Below are positions 56,723-64,000 of a DNA stretch of 64,000 nucleotides, one piece after another (the stretch's first letter is position 1; each line of letters begins with the position of its first letter). Origin of the DNA: an uncultured virus (IMG/VR IMGVR_UViG_3300017730_000004) (Duplodnaviria; Heunggongvirae; Uroviricota; Caudoviricetes); the IMG/VR virus record IMGVR_UViG_3300017730_000004; one strand, 5' to 3'. Made by a program: the position numbers and the translations under genes. The notes beneath the pieces were generated by a model. The model saw nothing but the letters and a program-made list of their open reading frames with translations, had not been told where the DNA came from and searched no databases.

Positions 56723-57475
56723 TTATTCACCAAATACATCACTATAATATAGTGCATCCCCTGTTTCATTGTCATTAAGTTCTTGTCTATGTTTTAAGTT
56801 AAATGACACGGAATATCTGAGTTCTTCCTGTTCGCTATTTCCAGTGGGCGGAACCGAGTGCATCAAATAAGACGGCCAAAGTAAGAAATCACCAGCCGAT
56901 GGTTCAAACATCATTTCTGATTGAAACCCTTGACAACCTGTGAATCCCATATTAGGTAAATCATCAAACTTAATCATATCTTCAGTACCATTATGTGCAT
57001 ATTGAGCTGCCATGTTTGGATTCCAAAACTTGATTGGTCTATCCGAATTGTTTACATAGTAGGTTCCACTGATATGTGAGTCAACATGATTGTGGACTTG
57101 ATGGTCATGTTCTGCATCATATCTATTAATCCATGCAAACAGATGTATATCCTTTCTAGATAGATGTCTAACCTCTGTGTTGAATTGTGTACGTATGAAT
57201 TCAATATAGGTATCTTTCATGATGTTAGCAAAGTCATTAAACCATGGTAACTTATGTGTCATTTCTCTTATATCATTATCAAAATAAGATGTGTAGTTAC
57301 AGAGTTTGTCTTTGTTATCTTTGTCTGCAACCATATCAATGAGTCTATCTATATCTCTGATAATTTGGTCAGGCGGAAATCCTATGTGACCTCTTAGAAA
57401 TGGTGTTGGGAATAATTGTAATATTCTATGTTGTGCAGGCTGATAAAAAGACTGCTTGTATGTCGCTGGTTTCAT
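56723..57475 (-). CDS. 2OG-Fe(II) oxygenase-like protein (TIGR02466-type)
   Basis: LFPTP, AWIN...HNH, ISGTYYV, LLWPSYLMHSV, RYSVSFN. Confidence 0.82.
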   Translation of the reverse strand: MKPATYKQSFYQPAQHRILQLFPTPFLRGHIGFPPDQIIRDIDRLIDMVADKDNKDKLCNYTSYFDNDIREMTHKLPWFNDFANIMKDTYIEFIRTQFNTEVRHLSRKDIHLFAWINRYDAEHDHQVHNHVDSHISGTYYVNNSDRPIKFWNPNMAAQYAHNGTEDMIKFDDLPNMGFTGCQGFQSEMMFEPSAGDFLLWPSYLMHSVPPTGNSEQEELRYSVSFNLKHRQELNDNETGDALYYSDVFGE

Positions 57476-57669
57476 AATTTAATTGCCAATAGTAAAAGTA
57501 TTGCAATGAGAATGACGTTTGACATGAAGATACCTATTGCAAGAATAGTGTGATACCATATCCATCTTGTCTTGTATGCATTATCTACTGTAATGTCATC
57601 GGGGTCAGGCCCATGGTCAATATCAGTCTTGGGATTCTGTTTCCAAAGTATCTCCCACCACTTAGTCAT
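57472..57669 (-). CDS. Small membrane protein
   Basis: C-terminal TM helix. Confidence 0.55.
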   Translation of the reverse strand: MTKWWEILWKQNPKTDIDHGPDPDDITVDNAYKTRWIWYHTILAIGIFMSNVILIAILLLLAIKL

Positions 57670-58255
57670 TCTTTTTCTCTATCTGTACTGCAACCCCCTT
57701 TTCGTTACCCTTGGGTGTTTTGATAGTTACGTCTCTGTAGTATACAACTACTTCTCCTAACTGTTTGATGTATCGTTTGAGTTCTTGCATATTTGCACTC
57801 ATGACTTGATAATCACCTATAGTCGTTGCAACAAATACAACCTCACCACCATTCTGTTCTTTCATTTCATCTAAGAAATAGTCAAGATGTGAGTAATCGA
57901 CTGGCCACTCGGGATTGTCTCTGTCCTCAAGGTTACATGTCTTAGGACGTTTAAGTTTTTCTACTTGTACTCCGTCTTTCTCTTCGAATCTTTTAGGGTC
58001 ATACGATAATGTTGCAACACATAGATTGTCTTTCTTTGCCTCAGATACGACATACCAATTAGGTGATGTCATTTCAATAGGTCTTGGAAGTGTAGGTTGA
58101 ATTATATCTATTTCTAATGGTTTAGATACTATCTCTACTTGTTTCGTTCCAATTAACGAGCATCCACTAATCGTTATCAGTGCGATTAGACTCATCAAGG
58201 TTATATATTTCCTTTGTATCATCTTCGATTCCCTCAAATACTCTATCCGTTGCAC
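57662..58255 (-). CDS. Putative o-spanin (Rz1-like lipoprotein); start uncertain
   Basis: Lipobox ISGC, Pro-rich segment, overlaps the end of the i-spanin gene. Confidence 0.65.
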   Translation of the reverse strand: MQRIEYLRESKMIQRKYITLMSLIALITISGCSLIGTKQVEIVSKPLEIDIIQPTLPRPIEMTSPNWYVVSEAKKDNLCVATLSYDPKRFEEKDGVQVEKLKRPKTCNLEDRDNPEWPVDYSHLDYFLDEMKEQNGGEVVFVATTIGDYQVMSANMQELKRYIKQLGEVVVYYRDVTIKTPKGNEKGVAVQIEKKND

Positions 58256-58556
58256 GATTGACCTTTCCTGTCATTATGCCAGGCTTTGCAACTGCAAGAG
58301 CGCTTAAATTATGTCTTTGGAATATTTGTAGATACTCCGCCTTTTCTGCTTCAATCGATGCATTTTTACGACTCATGTTCTGCAATGCTTTCCCTTGTTT
58401 TTCAAAGTTCTCTTTCATCACTTCCATGGCACGTTGTTGTTCTTCTACTGCAGCTTCTAACTTAATGTTATTTTGTGTAAGTGTTTGATTCTCATTATAC
58501 AAAAAGAAACAAAACAATCCCACTGCTACTAGAAGACCCATAGTTAACTGATTCAT
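58167..58556 (-). CDS. Putative i-spanin (Rz-like)
   Basis: N-terminal TM followed by a long coiled coil. Confidence 0.65.
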   Translation of the reverse strand: MNQLTMGLLVAVGLFCFFLYNENQTLTQNNIKLEAAVEEQQRAMEVMKENFEKQGKALQNMSRKNASIEAEKAEYLQIFQRHNLSALAVAKPGIMTGKVNRATDRVFEGIEDDTKEIYNLDESNRTDND

Positions 58557-58828
58557 TAATCTATCTCCTCAATTTTTACTTCAAGTCCTAGAACTGAACG
58601 TATTTCTATAACGTTCTTAGTTTCATAGTCTTTGAATTTTAAATGTTTCGGTCTATTTACCATGATATTTCTTGACATATATTCCGACTTGTACATGTTA
58701 CCACCCTCAGATTGTCTGTAAATGGTAATCTTGTATTCTGCTTTAAAGAGATGTTTAATCCATGTCCAAATGAACCAAAAAAATCTCTTCAGTAATTCTT
58801 TTATCTTATTCCATAGTTTGTTAAGCAT
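58556..58828 (-). CDS. Hypothetical protein
   Basis: 90 aa, coupled to neighbours. Confidence 0.5.
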   Translation of the reverse strand: MLNKLWNKIKELLKRFFWFIWTWIKHLFKAEYKITIYRQSEGGNMYKSEYMSRNIMVNRPKHLKFKDYETKNVIEIRSVLGLEVKIEEID

Positions 58829-59456
58829 AGTCTATCCATCCTGTTACTATATATTTCTCTCCTTTGAGAGGTGGATTACCTCTATGCATATGAGTGAAAC
58901 CAGCAGGCCACAATACTATGTCACCTTTTTTGGGTTTGATACGTAATGATTGGTATAGGAATTCTAACTCTCCACCTTCCTCAACGTCATTAAGGAAGAT
59001 TGCCCATGCAAGTAGGGATTTAGAACTAGATGGACAATTACAGTGTTCACAATGCCAGATATGATATCCTTGTTGTGGTAATGTCTTTTGAATTTTTGCA
59101 CCACTGACCATAAGACCTCTGTAGTTATCTTGGACTGGGTACTTTTGAAACCACTCATCGATAACACCATCGGGTTCTTCAAAGATAGATAGTATTCTAT
59201 TCATCTGACTACCGAAGTATGACTCGGGTACTGAAGTCATGCTGATTGCGTCATCACTCTTTTTTGTTATTAAAGTTGTGTCGTAATGAGCTCTTGGAAG
59301 TGTTAAACCTCTGGCTTCACATTTTTTGTATATTCCCATGACATAGTCTATGAACTCGTCGTCTGTCCAACCACGATAAAGGAGAACATGTTCTCCAAGG
59401 TCTTCTATGTGTCTATCTTCTGCAAATCTATTTTGTGTTTCCATAATATATACCAA
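58821..59456 (-). CDS. 2OG-Fe(II) oxygenase (prolyl-4-hydroxylase-like)
   Basis: GYHIWHCE, FLNDVEEGGELEF, WPAGFTHMHRG, KYIVTGW. Confidence 0.88.
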   Translation of the reverse strand: MVYIMETQNRFAEDRHIEDLGEHVLLYRGWTDDEFIDYVMGIYKKCEARGLTLPRAHYDTTLITKKSDDAISMTSVPESYFGSQMNRILSIFEEPDGVIDEWFQKYPVQDNYRGLMVSGAKIQKTLPQQGYHIWHCEHCNCPSSSKSLLAWAIFLNDVEEGGELEFLYQSLRIKPKKGDIVLWPAGFTHMHRGNPPLKGEKYIVTGWIDYA

Positions 59457-59502
59457 AAAGTAAGGATTATTCCTTACTCTTATTTAGTGTGTTTAGAAAT
59501 GG

Positions 59503-59579
59503 TGGCGGGACTGATAGGAATCGAACCTATAACCTACTGCTTAGAAGGCAGTTGCTCTATCCGATTGAGCTACAACCCC
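59503..59579 (-). tRNA. tRNA-Arg(UCU)
   Basis: Cloverleaf GGGGTTG...CAGTCCC-G-CCA, anticodon loop CTTCTAA, TTCGA T-loop. Confidence 0.95.
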
Positions 59580-60089
59580 TTAGTCACCATTTCTTAATAC
59601 TTTAAGTTGTGCAATTGTATCAGCTGCACTAGTGTGTAGTATTCCAATACCACCATGTTCTACCCATGCATCAAGGTTCTTTTGTCTGTCATCAATAAGG
59701 ACACTTCCTTTGATTGCAAACATACCTTTCTGACTACCAGTCATAGTACAAGTAACAACAACAGTAGGACTAACATGTTCTTTAATCCACTCGTTCTTAT
59801 CATACACAACCAACTCTCTGTTTATAACACCAGCTGCAGTGAGTATTTCCCACGGTAGTTTAGTGTGTCTAACGTAACCAACCAATTCATGCATATCAGG
59901 CATAGGTGGTAACATTCTGAACAGTCTTTTGTTTGTTAACTCTTCCTTCCTTAAGTCATAGTCATTATGACCTTGGTCGGTGTTAGGGAATTCTCTCCCT
60001 GTTAGTTTTTCAACACCAGTGTTGAAATCGGCTAATACTCCATCCATATCGATGAAGATTCTTTTTATCTTTACTCTCTTATTTTCCAT
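59580..60089 (-). CDS. HAD 5'(3')-deoxyribonucleotidase-like protein
   Basis: FIDMDGVLADF, ILTA, K, LIDD, W...GGIGILH; start moved to MENK. Confidence 0.8.
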   Translation of the reverse strand: MENKRVKIKRIFIDMDGVLADFNTGVEKLTGREFPNTDQGHNDYDLRKEELTNKRLFRMLPPMPDMHELVGYVRHTKLPWEILTAAGVINRELVVYDKNEWIKEHVSPTVVVTCTMTGSQKGMFAIKGSVLIDDRQKNLDAWVEHGGIGILHTSAADTIAQLKVLRNGD

Positions 60090-60095
60090 ACGTAT

Positions 60096-60128
60096 AGTAT
60101 AACACTCTTTCGGCCCTGTTGTCAAGGC
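60096..60128 (-). promoter_or_regulatory. Early sigma70-type promoter, ATG 6 nt after -10
   Basis: GCC-TTGACA-N18-TATACT-ATACGT-ATG. Confidence 0.75.
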
Positions 60129-60137
60129 ATTTCGGGC

Positions 60138-60581
60138 TTATTCCCAAAATATTTTATACAGTTTTTCTTCCTTTGCGTAGGCTTCTCGCTCCCAAGGTTG
60201 ACGGCTATATGGTGCCTTAGAGTAGTCCTTTTTCTTCCATTTTTGACGAACTGGACTGAGTTGTCCAGTTAAGAATTGTTTTGCATGAACTAATTCATGT
60301 GCAAGATTCAACATTTGGTCTTCTAGAGTGAATTCTAGTCCATTACTACCACGTGCAATCTCTATAATGACCTCATCACGGTCACCCCAACATAAAGCAT
60401 AGTGATTATTCTCACATCTAGTTATAACATTTAGTTCTATGGTTATATCCCTACGTAATTTAGGGGAAAGATAGGCAATACAGGACTTCACAAAGGTACG
60501 AATTCGACGTTTTTGTGCAATTTGACCATTTATTTGAATGTCAATCAAGGGGTAATGTTCCTTTCTTCTCAGTTGTGTCAT
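60138..60581 (-). CDS. Zincin-like metallopeptidase
   Basis: LAHELVHAKQ, PWEREAY. Confidence 0.75.
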   Translation of the reverse strand: MTQLRRKEHYPLIDIQINGQIAQKRRIRTFVKSCIAYLSPKLRRDITIELNVITRCENNHYALCWGDRDEVIIEIARGSNGLEFTLEDQMLNLAHELVHAKQFLTGQLSPVRQKWKKKDYSKAPYSRQPWEREAYAKEEKLYKIFWE

Positions 60582-60615
60582 ATTATATCAAAAAATCTAC
60601 CCTGTAGTCAAGGCC
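60582..60615 (-). promoter_or_regulatory. Early sigma70-type promoter
   Basis: GGCC-TTGACT-N18-TATAAT. Confidence 0.7.
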
Positions 60616-60768
60616 CTAATCGTCGTATTCAAATACCTCTTCTATTGTATCTTCATCCATTTGTGCGCCACAAAATGGACAATGTTCGATTCCATACTGG
60701 TGTGAATCCATTTCATGTTCTACTATGCACTCTGATTTACAGTCGTTGCAGTGTAATCTAATCTTCAA
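60616..60768 (-). CDS. Small zinc-ribbon protein (50 aa, TTG start, not in ORF track)
   Basis: AGGAG SD; CNDC...CPFCG and acidic tail. Confidence 0.6.
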   Translation of the reverse strand: MKIRLHCNDCKSECIVEHEMDSHQYGIEHCPFCGAQMDEDTIEEVFEYDD

Positions 60769-61009
60769 CTTTATCTCCTACGATTTCCTTGAAAAAGTTA
60801 TCATTTGATTTAGCTTTACCATCAATCATTCCGAATGGTAGTGGTCTATCAATATCTTTTTTAAAGAAATCTTCCCCACACGTGTAAATTCTAATCTCTA
60901 CTAAATCTTTATCAAGTGTTCTTGCAATATGCTCAAGTCTTAAATCTATAGCTGTCTGGCTATGTTTTACATTGAGATATACATGAACTTGTTTCATTAG
61001 TCTTCCCAA
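60758..61009 (-). CDS. Hypothetical protein (degenerate thioredoxin-like?)
   Basis: Follows glutaredoxin; LPFGMIDG. Confidence 0.45.
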   Translation of the reverse strand: MGRLMKQVHVYLNVKHSQTAIDLRLEHIARTLDKDLVEIRIYTCGEDFFKKDIDRPLPFGMIDGKAKSNDNFFKEIVGDKVED

Positions 61010-61251
61010 ACGTCTCCGTGTTTTACGAACTCTGCAAGTTTGTCATATCCACCTATGTAAGTCCAAGTATTTTCTGTTTCTCTGACTCTGATTTGTGGAA
61101 AGGTTCTTGCAGTTGGAAACTCTTCAAAGAGTTCTTCTCTTGTGAAGTCTGTGTCCAACTGTTTGTAAGTGTATTCTAGTCCTTCTTTCTCACATAAAGC
61201 TTTTGCTTTATCACAGAATGGACATTGTGTTTTTCCAAATATTTCTATCAT
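60997..61251 (-). CDS. nrdC: Glutaredoxin
   Basis: CPFC, TFPQI, IGGYD. Confidence 0.92.
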   Translation of the reverse strand: MIEIFGKTQCPFCDKAKALCEKEGLEYTYKQLDTDFTREELFEEFPTARTFPQIRVRETENTWTYIGGYDKLAEFVKHGDVWED

Positions 61252-61252
61252 A

Positions 61253-61864
61253 TTAAAATCCCGATATTTTTGTTAAATGTTTATATTCCAAGCATTTGTC
61301 ACATTCACCACATTGGTTTGGGTAACCTAATGCACATGAATTGACGTATTGTCTTATATCCACTGGTATTGATGACCACTGTTCCATCTTGGTCATTCCA
61401 CCAAGAGGTGGATAAAGTCTGTAGTTGTGATTCTTGTTCATCAACCTTGCATAGAATTCAAATACTATTTGAAACTCCCATGCACGTGGCACCCATGGCC
61501 AATCAGAATAGTGTTTATGGTCATCTGCATAGTTTATCATCCCACTGTTCACACCCCAATAGTATTCTTCTATATGTGGGAACTGAGTCAATGCACTTAA
61601 ACATGCAATTGACCAATGTCTAGCAGAATGAAAGTATTCTTCTGACCTTTCATCATGGTCATATTTAGGATGCTCATGAGTAATCAAATCTACATCCAAC
61701 ATATCACATATCTGTGTAATATTACTATGTAGTTGATTTGCTGTTGTGATGGGGTTGTCCCATAGTGAATGTAGTGCAATAGGTTTCTTACCTTTCTCTA
61801 CACACCAGTTTAATAAAGCAGTAGATTCAACCCCACCACTGAACATGACAACACAATCGTGCAT
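61253..61864 (-). CDS. QueC-like PP-loop ATPase
   Basis: FSGGVEST PP-loop; SC...CGECDKC Zn motif. Confidence 0.65.
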   Translation of the reverse strand: MHDCVVMFSGGVESTALLNWCVEKGKKPIALHSLWDNPITTANQLHSNITQICDMLDVDLITHEHPKYDHDERSEEYFHSARHWSIACLSALTQFPHIEEYYWGVNSGMINYADDHKHYSDWPWVPRAWEFQIVFEFYARLMNKNHNYRLYPPLGGMTKMEQWSSIPVDIRQYVNSCALGYPNQCGECDKCLEYKHLTKISGF

Positions 61865-62961
61865 TACAACTCAAAGCCTTCAAACGTATCGTCGTCTACG
61901 TCCTGTTTTATACCCCCAATTAGATAGGATTCTATTTCCGTCTCTTGTGGTGCATTCTGTAATCCTCTACTGTTGAACCAATGTGATGTCCAAGGTAAAG
62001 GGTTGTTTGTTGAAGAGATATCAAACAATGGATTCAGACCCAATGCACGTAATCTTTTGTTTGCTGTGTACTCTACGTATTGTCCAAGTAATGCAGTAGA
62101 TAGTCCAATCATAGAACCATCCTTAAATAAGAAGTCTGCCCAATCCTTTTCTTGTTGGACTGCATCACGATACATATCATATACTTCCTCTTCACATTCT
62201 TTCATGATTTTTAACATCATTTTGTCGTTCTCTTGTTTCTTATAAGCTTTAAGAATGTGTTGTGTGATTGCAAGATGTTGTGCTTCGTCTCTTGCAATAA
62301 GAGATATGATTTTTGCACTTCCTTCCATCTGTTTTAACTCACCAAATGCAAAAGAACATGCAAAGGATACGAAGAAACGAACTCCTTCTAAGATGTTAAC
62401 TGATACCAATGCAAGGTATAATGCTTTCTTAAGCTCGTAATCATCAACTTTAAGACCTAGTAATCTACGTCTTCCTAGTTGTATAAACTTATCATACTTT
62501 TCTGTTACCTGTTCTGCTCTAGCTACAATTGCTGGTTCGTCTAGGATTGTGTCAAATATCTCACTAGGGTCACTATAAACATTCTTTATAATATGAGTAT
62601 AACTTCGTGAATGAATAGTCTCCATGAAATCCCATGTGATAATACAAGACTCAAGTTCAGGCAGGCTCACAAACGGTAAGAATGCTATGGATGGAGCTCT
62701 TCCTTGAACTGAGTCGAGTAAAGTTTGATACCTCAAGTTAGAGGTAAAGATGTGTTTCTGTGCGTCAGAAAGTGTTTGGTAATCACCTCTATCTTTCTGT
62801 AGGGATACCTCTTCGGGTCTCCAAAAGAATGATAGTTGTGTCTGTGTTAGTTTGTCAAATATAGGATACTTGAATGTGTCAAATCTTTGCGTGTTTAATT
62901 CCTCACCGAAGAACATGGACTCTTTTGTAAAATCTACATTTTTTTTGTTAAATACTGTCAT
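61864..62961 (-). CDS. nrdB: Ribonucleotide reductase class Ia beta subunit
   Basis: FWRPEEV, METIHSRSY, LEGVRFFVSF, ARDEAQH, APQETEIESY. Confidence 0.97.
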   Translation of the reverse strand: MTVFNKKNVDFTKESMFFGEELNTQRFDTFKYPIFDKLTQTQLSFFWRPEEVSLQKDRGDYQTLSDAQKHIFTSNLRYQTLLDSVQGRAPSIAFLPFVSLPELESCIITWDFMETIHSRSYTHIIKNVYSDPSEIFDTILDEPAIVARAEQVTEKYDKFIQLGRRRLLGLKVDDYELKKALYLALVSVNILEGVRFFVSFACSFAFGELKQMEGSAKIISLIARDEAQHLAITQHILKAYKKQENDKMMLKIMKECEEEVYDMYRDAVQQEKDWADFLFKDGSMIGLSTALLGQYVEYTANKRLRALGLNPLFDISSTNNPLPWTSHWFNSRGLQNAPQETEIESYLIGGIKQDVDDDTFEGFEL

Positions 62962-63950
62962 TCCTTCACGGCCCTCTTTTTTCTTGTGTCTAATTCAAAA
63001 TCATCATAATTATTTGCAAAGTTAGCTTTCTTATCTACTACGTTATGATATATGTTTGCAAACTCTTTAAACCTTTTTTTGGTTTTACCTGTTTCTGCAT
63101 CATTATATACACCAGTTTCAACATTGTATGTCTCATCTGCATATCTATGTGGTCTTCCATCAAACGATAGTGCAAAATGGTCTTCCATATCTGTATGCAT
63201 TTTGTCTATGTTCAACAACTTACTATCTTCATTGAAGAAGTGTAAGAAGATGTGATACGAGTAGTCACCTACTAAGTAATCTCTCCAGTGTATTACATTA
63301 GGCCCTTGATATAATAAAACATCACCAGGCTCTAAACTTATTGGAATACCTCTTCTATTTCTATGTGATATCCCTTGAGATATATCATACACTTCATCCA
63401 TGCAACCCATGTCGACATAGTTATCATCATTCTGTACCCATATCTTCCATGGTGCATTATCATCTGTTTTATAATCTAAACAGATTGTTGCACTTATTTC
63501 ACATGATGGTCTATCAGTGTGAGCTCTTAGATATGCACCTCTTTCATATTTCCGAGTGTAAGAGTATGTTTCTCTTAACCCCATATCAATTACGTTATCT
63601 AATTTTTCCTTTAGCCATCTATGTAGGGAAACTGCCATCGGAGTGCAGTAATTAGCTTTAGATTTTCCTAAAGAATCTTTAGGTGAGTTTTGAGTGATTT
63701 CATGTTCTCTTTTGAATATTGCTTCATCCCATGCACCATTGTGTTCAATAGTCTTCCATGTATCTAATGATAAGTTAATAATATCTTTAGGAATGAAATT
63801 ACGTAAGACAACAAACCTGTCTTTCATTAAGTCCCAAGTTAGTTGATTGGTTCTACCACTTATTCTTAAATGGTTCTCTCCATCCTTATCCATTCTCTCG
63901 TCGTCGGGATACGTATATATTACAGTCTTTTCATCATATGGCACAGGCAT
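62958..63950 (-). CDS. 2OG-Fe(II) oxygenase
   Basis: TYSYTRKY, HTDRPSCEISAT, GDVLLYQG...HWR, FLHF. Confidence 0.8.
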   Translation of the reverse strand: MPVPYDEKTVIYTYPDDERMDKDGENHLRISGRTNQLTWDLMKDRFVVLRNFIPKDIINLSLDTWKTIEHNGAWDEAIFKREHEITQNSPKDSLGKSKANYCTPMAVSLHRWLKEKLDNVIDMGLRETYSYTRKYERGAYLRAHTDRPSCEISATICLDYKTDDNAPWKIWVQNDDNYVDMGCMDEVYDISQGISHRNRRGIPISLEPGDVLLYQGPNVIHWRDYLVGDYSYHIFLHFFNEDSKLLNIDKMHTDMEDHFALSFDGRPHRYADETYNVETGVYNDAETGKTKKRFKEFANIYHNVVDKKANFANNYDDFELDTRKKRAVKE

Positions 63951-64000
63951 CGCAATCTTCCTCATCTTCACTTGGTGCAGAATGCATCATTGGTGGTATG
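63934..64000 (-). CDS. nrdA: Ribonucleotide reductase alpha subunit, C-terminal end (partial)
   Basis: Hand translation ...SAPSEDEEDCDACAI*, the terminal CxxC of class Ia NrdA, upstream of nrdB. Confidence 0.8.
   Translation of the reverse strand, partial: IPPMMHSAPSEDEEDCDACAI

Noticed and set aside
61864..62961. Intron, intein or homing endonuclease in nrdB or other core genes
   Set aside because: ORFs are continuous and of normal length; no HNH, GIY-YIG or LAGLIDADG motifs seen.
1..64000. Stop-codon reassignment
   Set aside because: Core genes are full length in the standard code, all three stops are used, and no suppressor tRNA is present.

Overview
A 64-kb segment of a large, AT-rich T4-like myophage (standard genetic code). 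Gene content resembles marine T4-like phages. Host is inferred to be Gram-negative and probably proteobacterial (proteobacterial-type bS21, TorF-type porin, KdsB, spanins; no photosynthesis genes in the window). Positions 1-30 kb hold the baseplate/tail module (VrlC-like, gp8, gp7, gp6, gp25, gp5, gp27-like, gp53, gp48, gp4, gp2, gp54, gp26/gp51, tape measure), interrupted by a HAD phosphatase-kdsB cassette. Positions 30-46 kb hold bS21, gp32, gp59, gp33, exonuclease, DenV-like glycosylase, SleB hydrolase, small early-gene cassettes, a radical SAM enzyme, RNase H, a RimK-RimB fusion and HesB. Positions 46-64 kb hold a split carbamoyltransferase, a largely non-coding origin/pac-like region, about eight 2OG-Fe(II) oxygenase-like genes, a porin, tRNA-Ala, tRNA-Arg, spanins, glutaredoxin, a QueC-like gene, nrdB and the end of nrdA. 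Most notable observations: (1) a probable lambda G/GT-type -1 frameshift fusing gp26 to gp51; (2) a possible ribosome-reprogramming kit (four-hairpin RNA plus bS21 plus a basic peptide, RimK-RimB fusion, and many promoters placed to give leaderless mRNAs); (3) several candidate structured RNAs and helically phased repeat arrays; (4) a possible CMP-ulosonate glycosylation pathway. All family calls come from motif recognition by eye; no searches were run.
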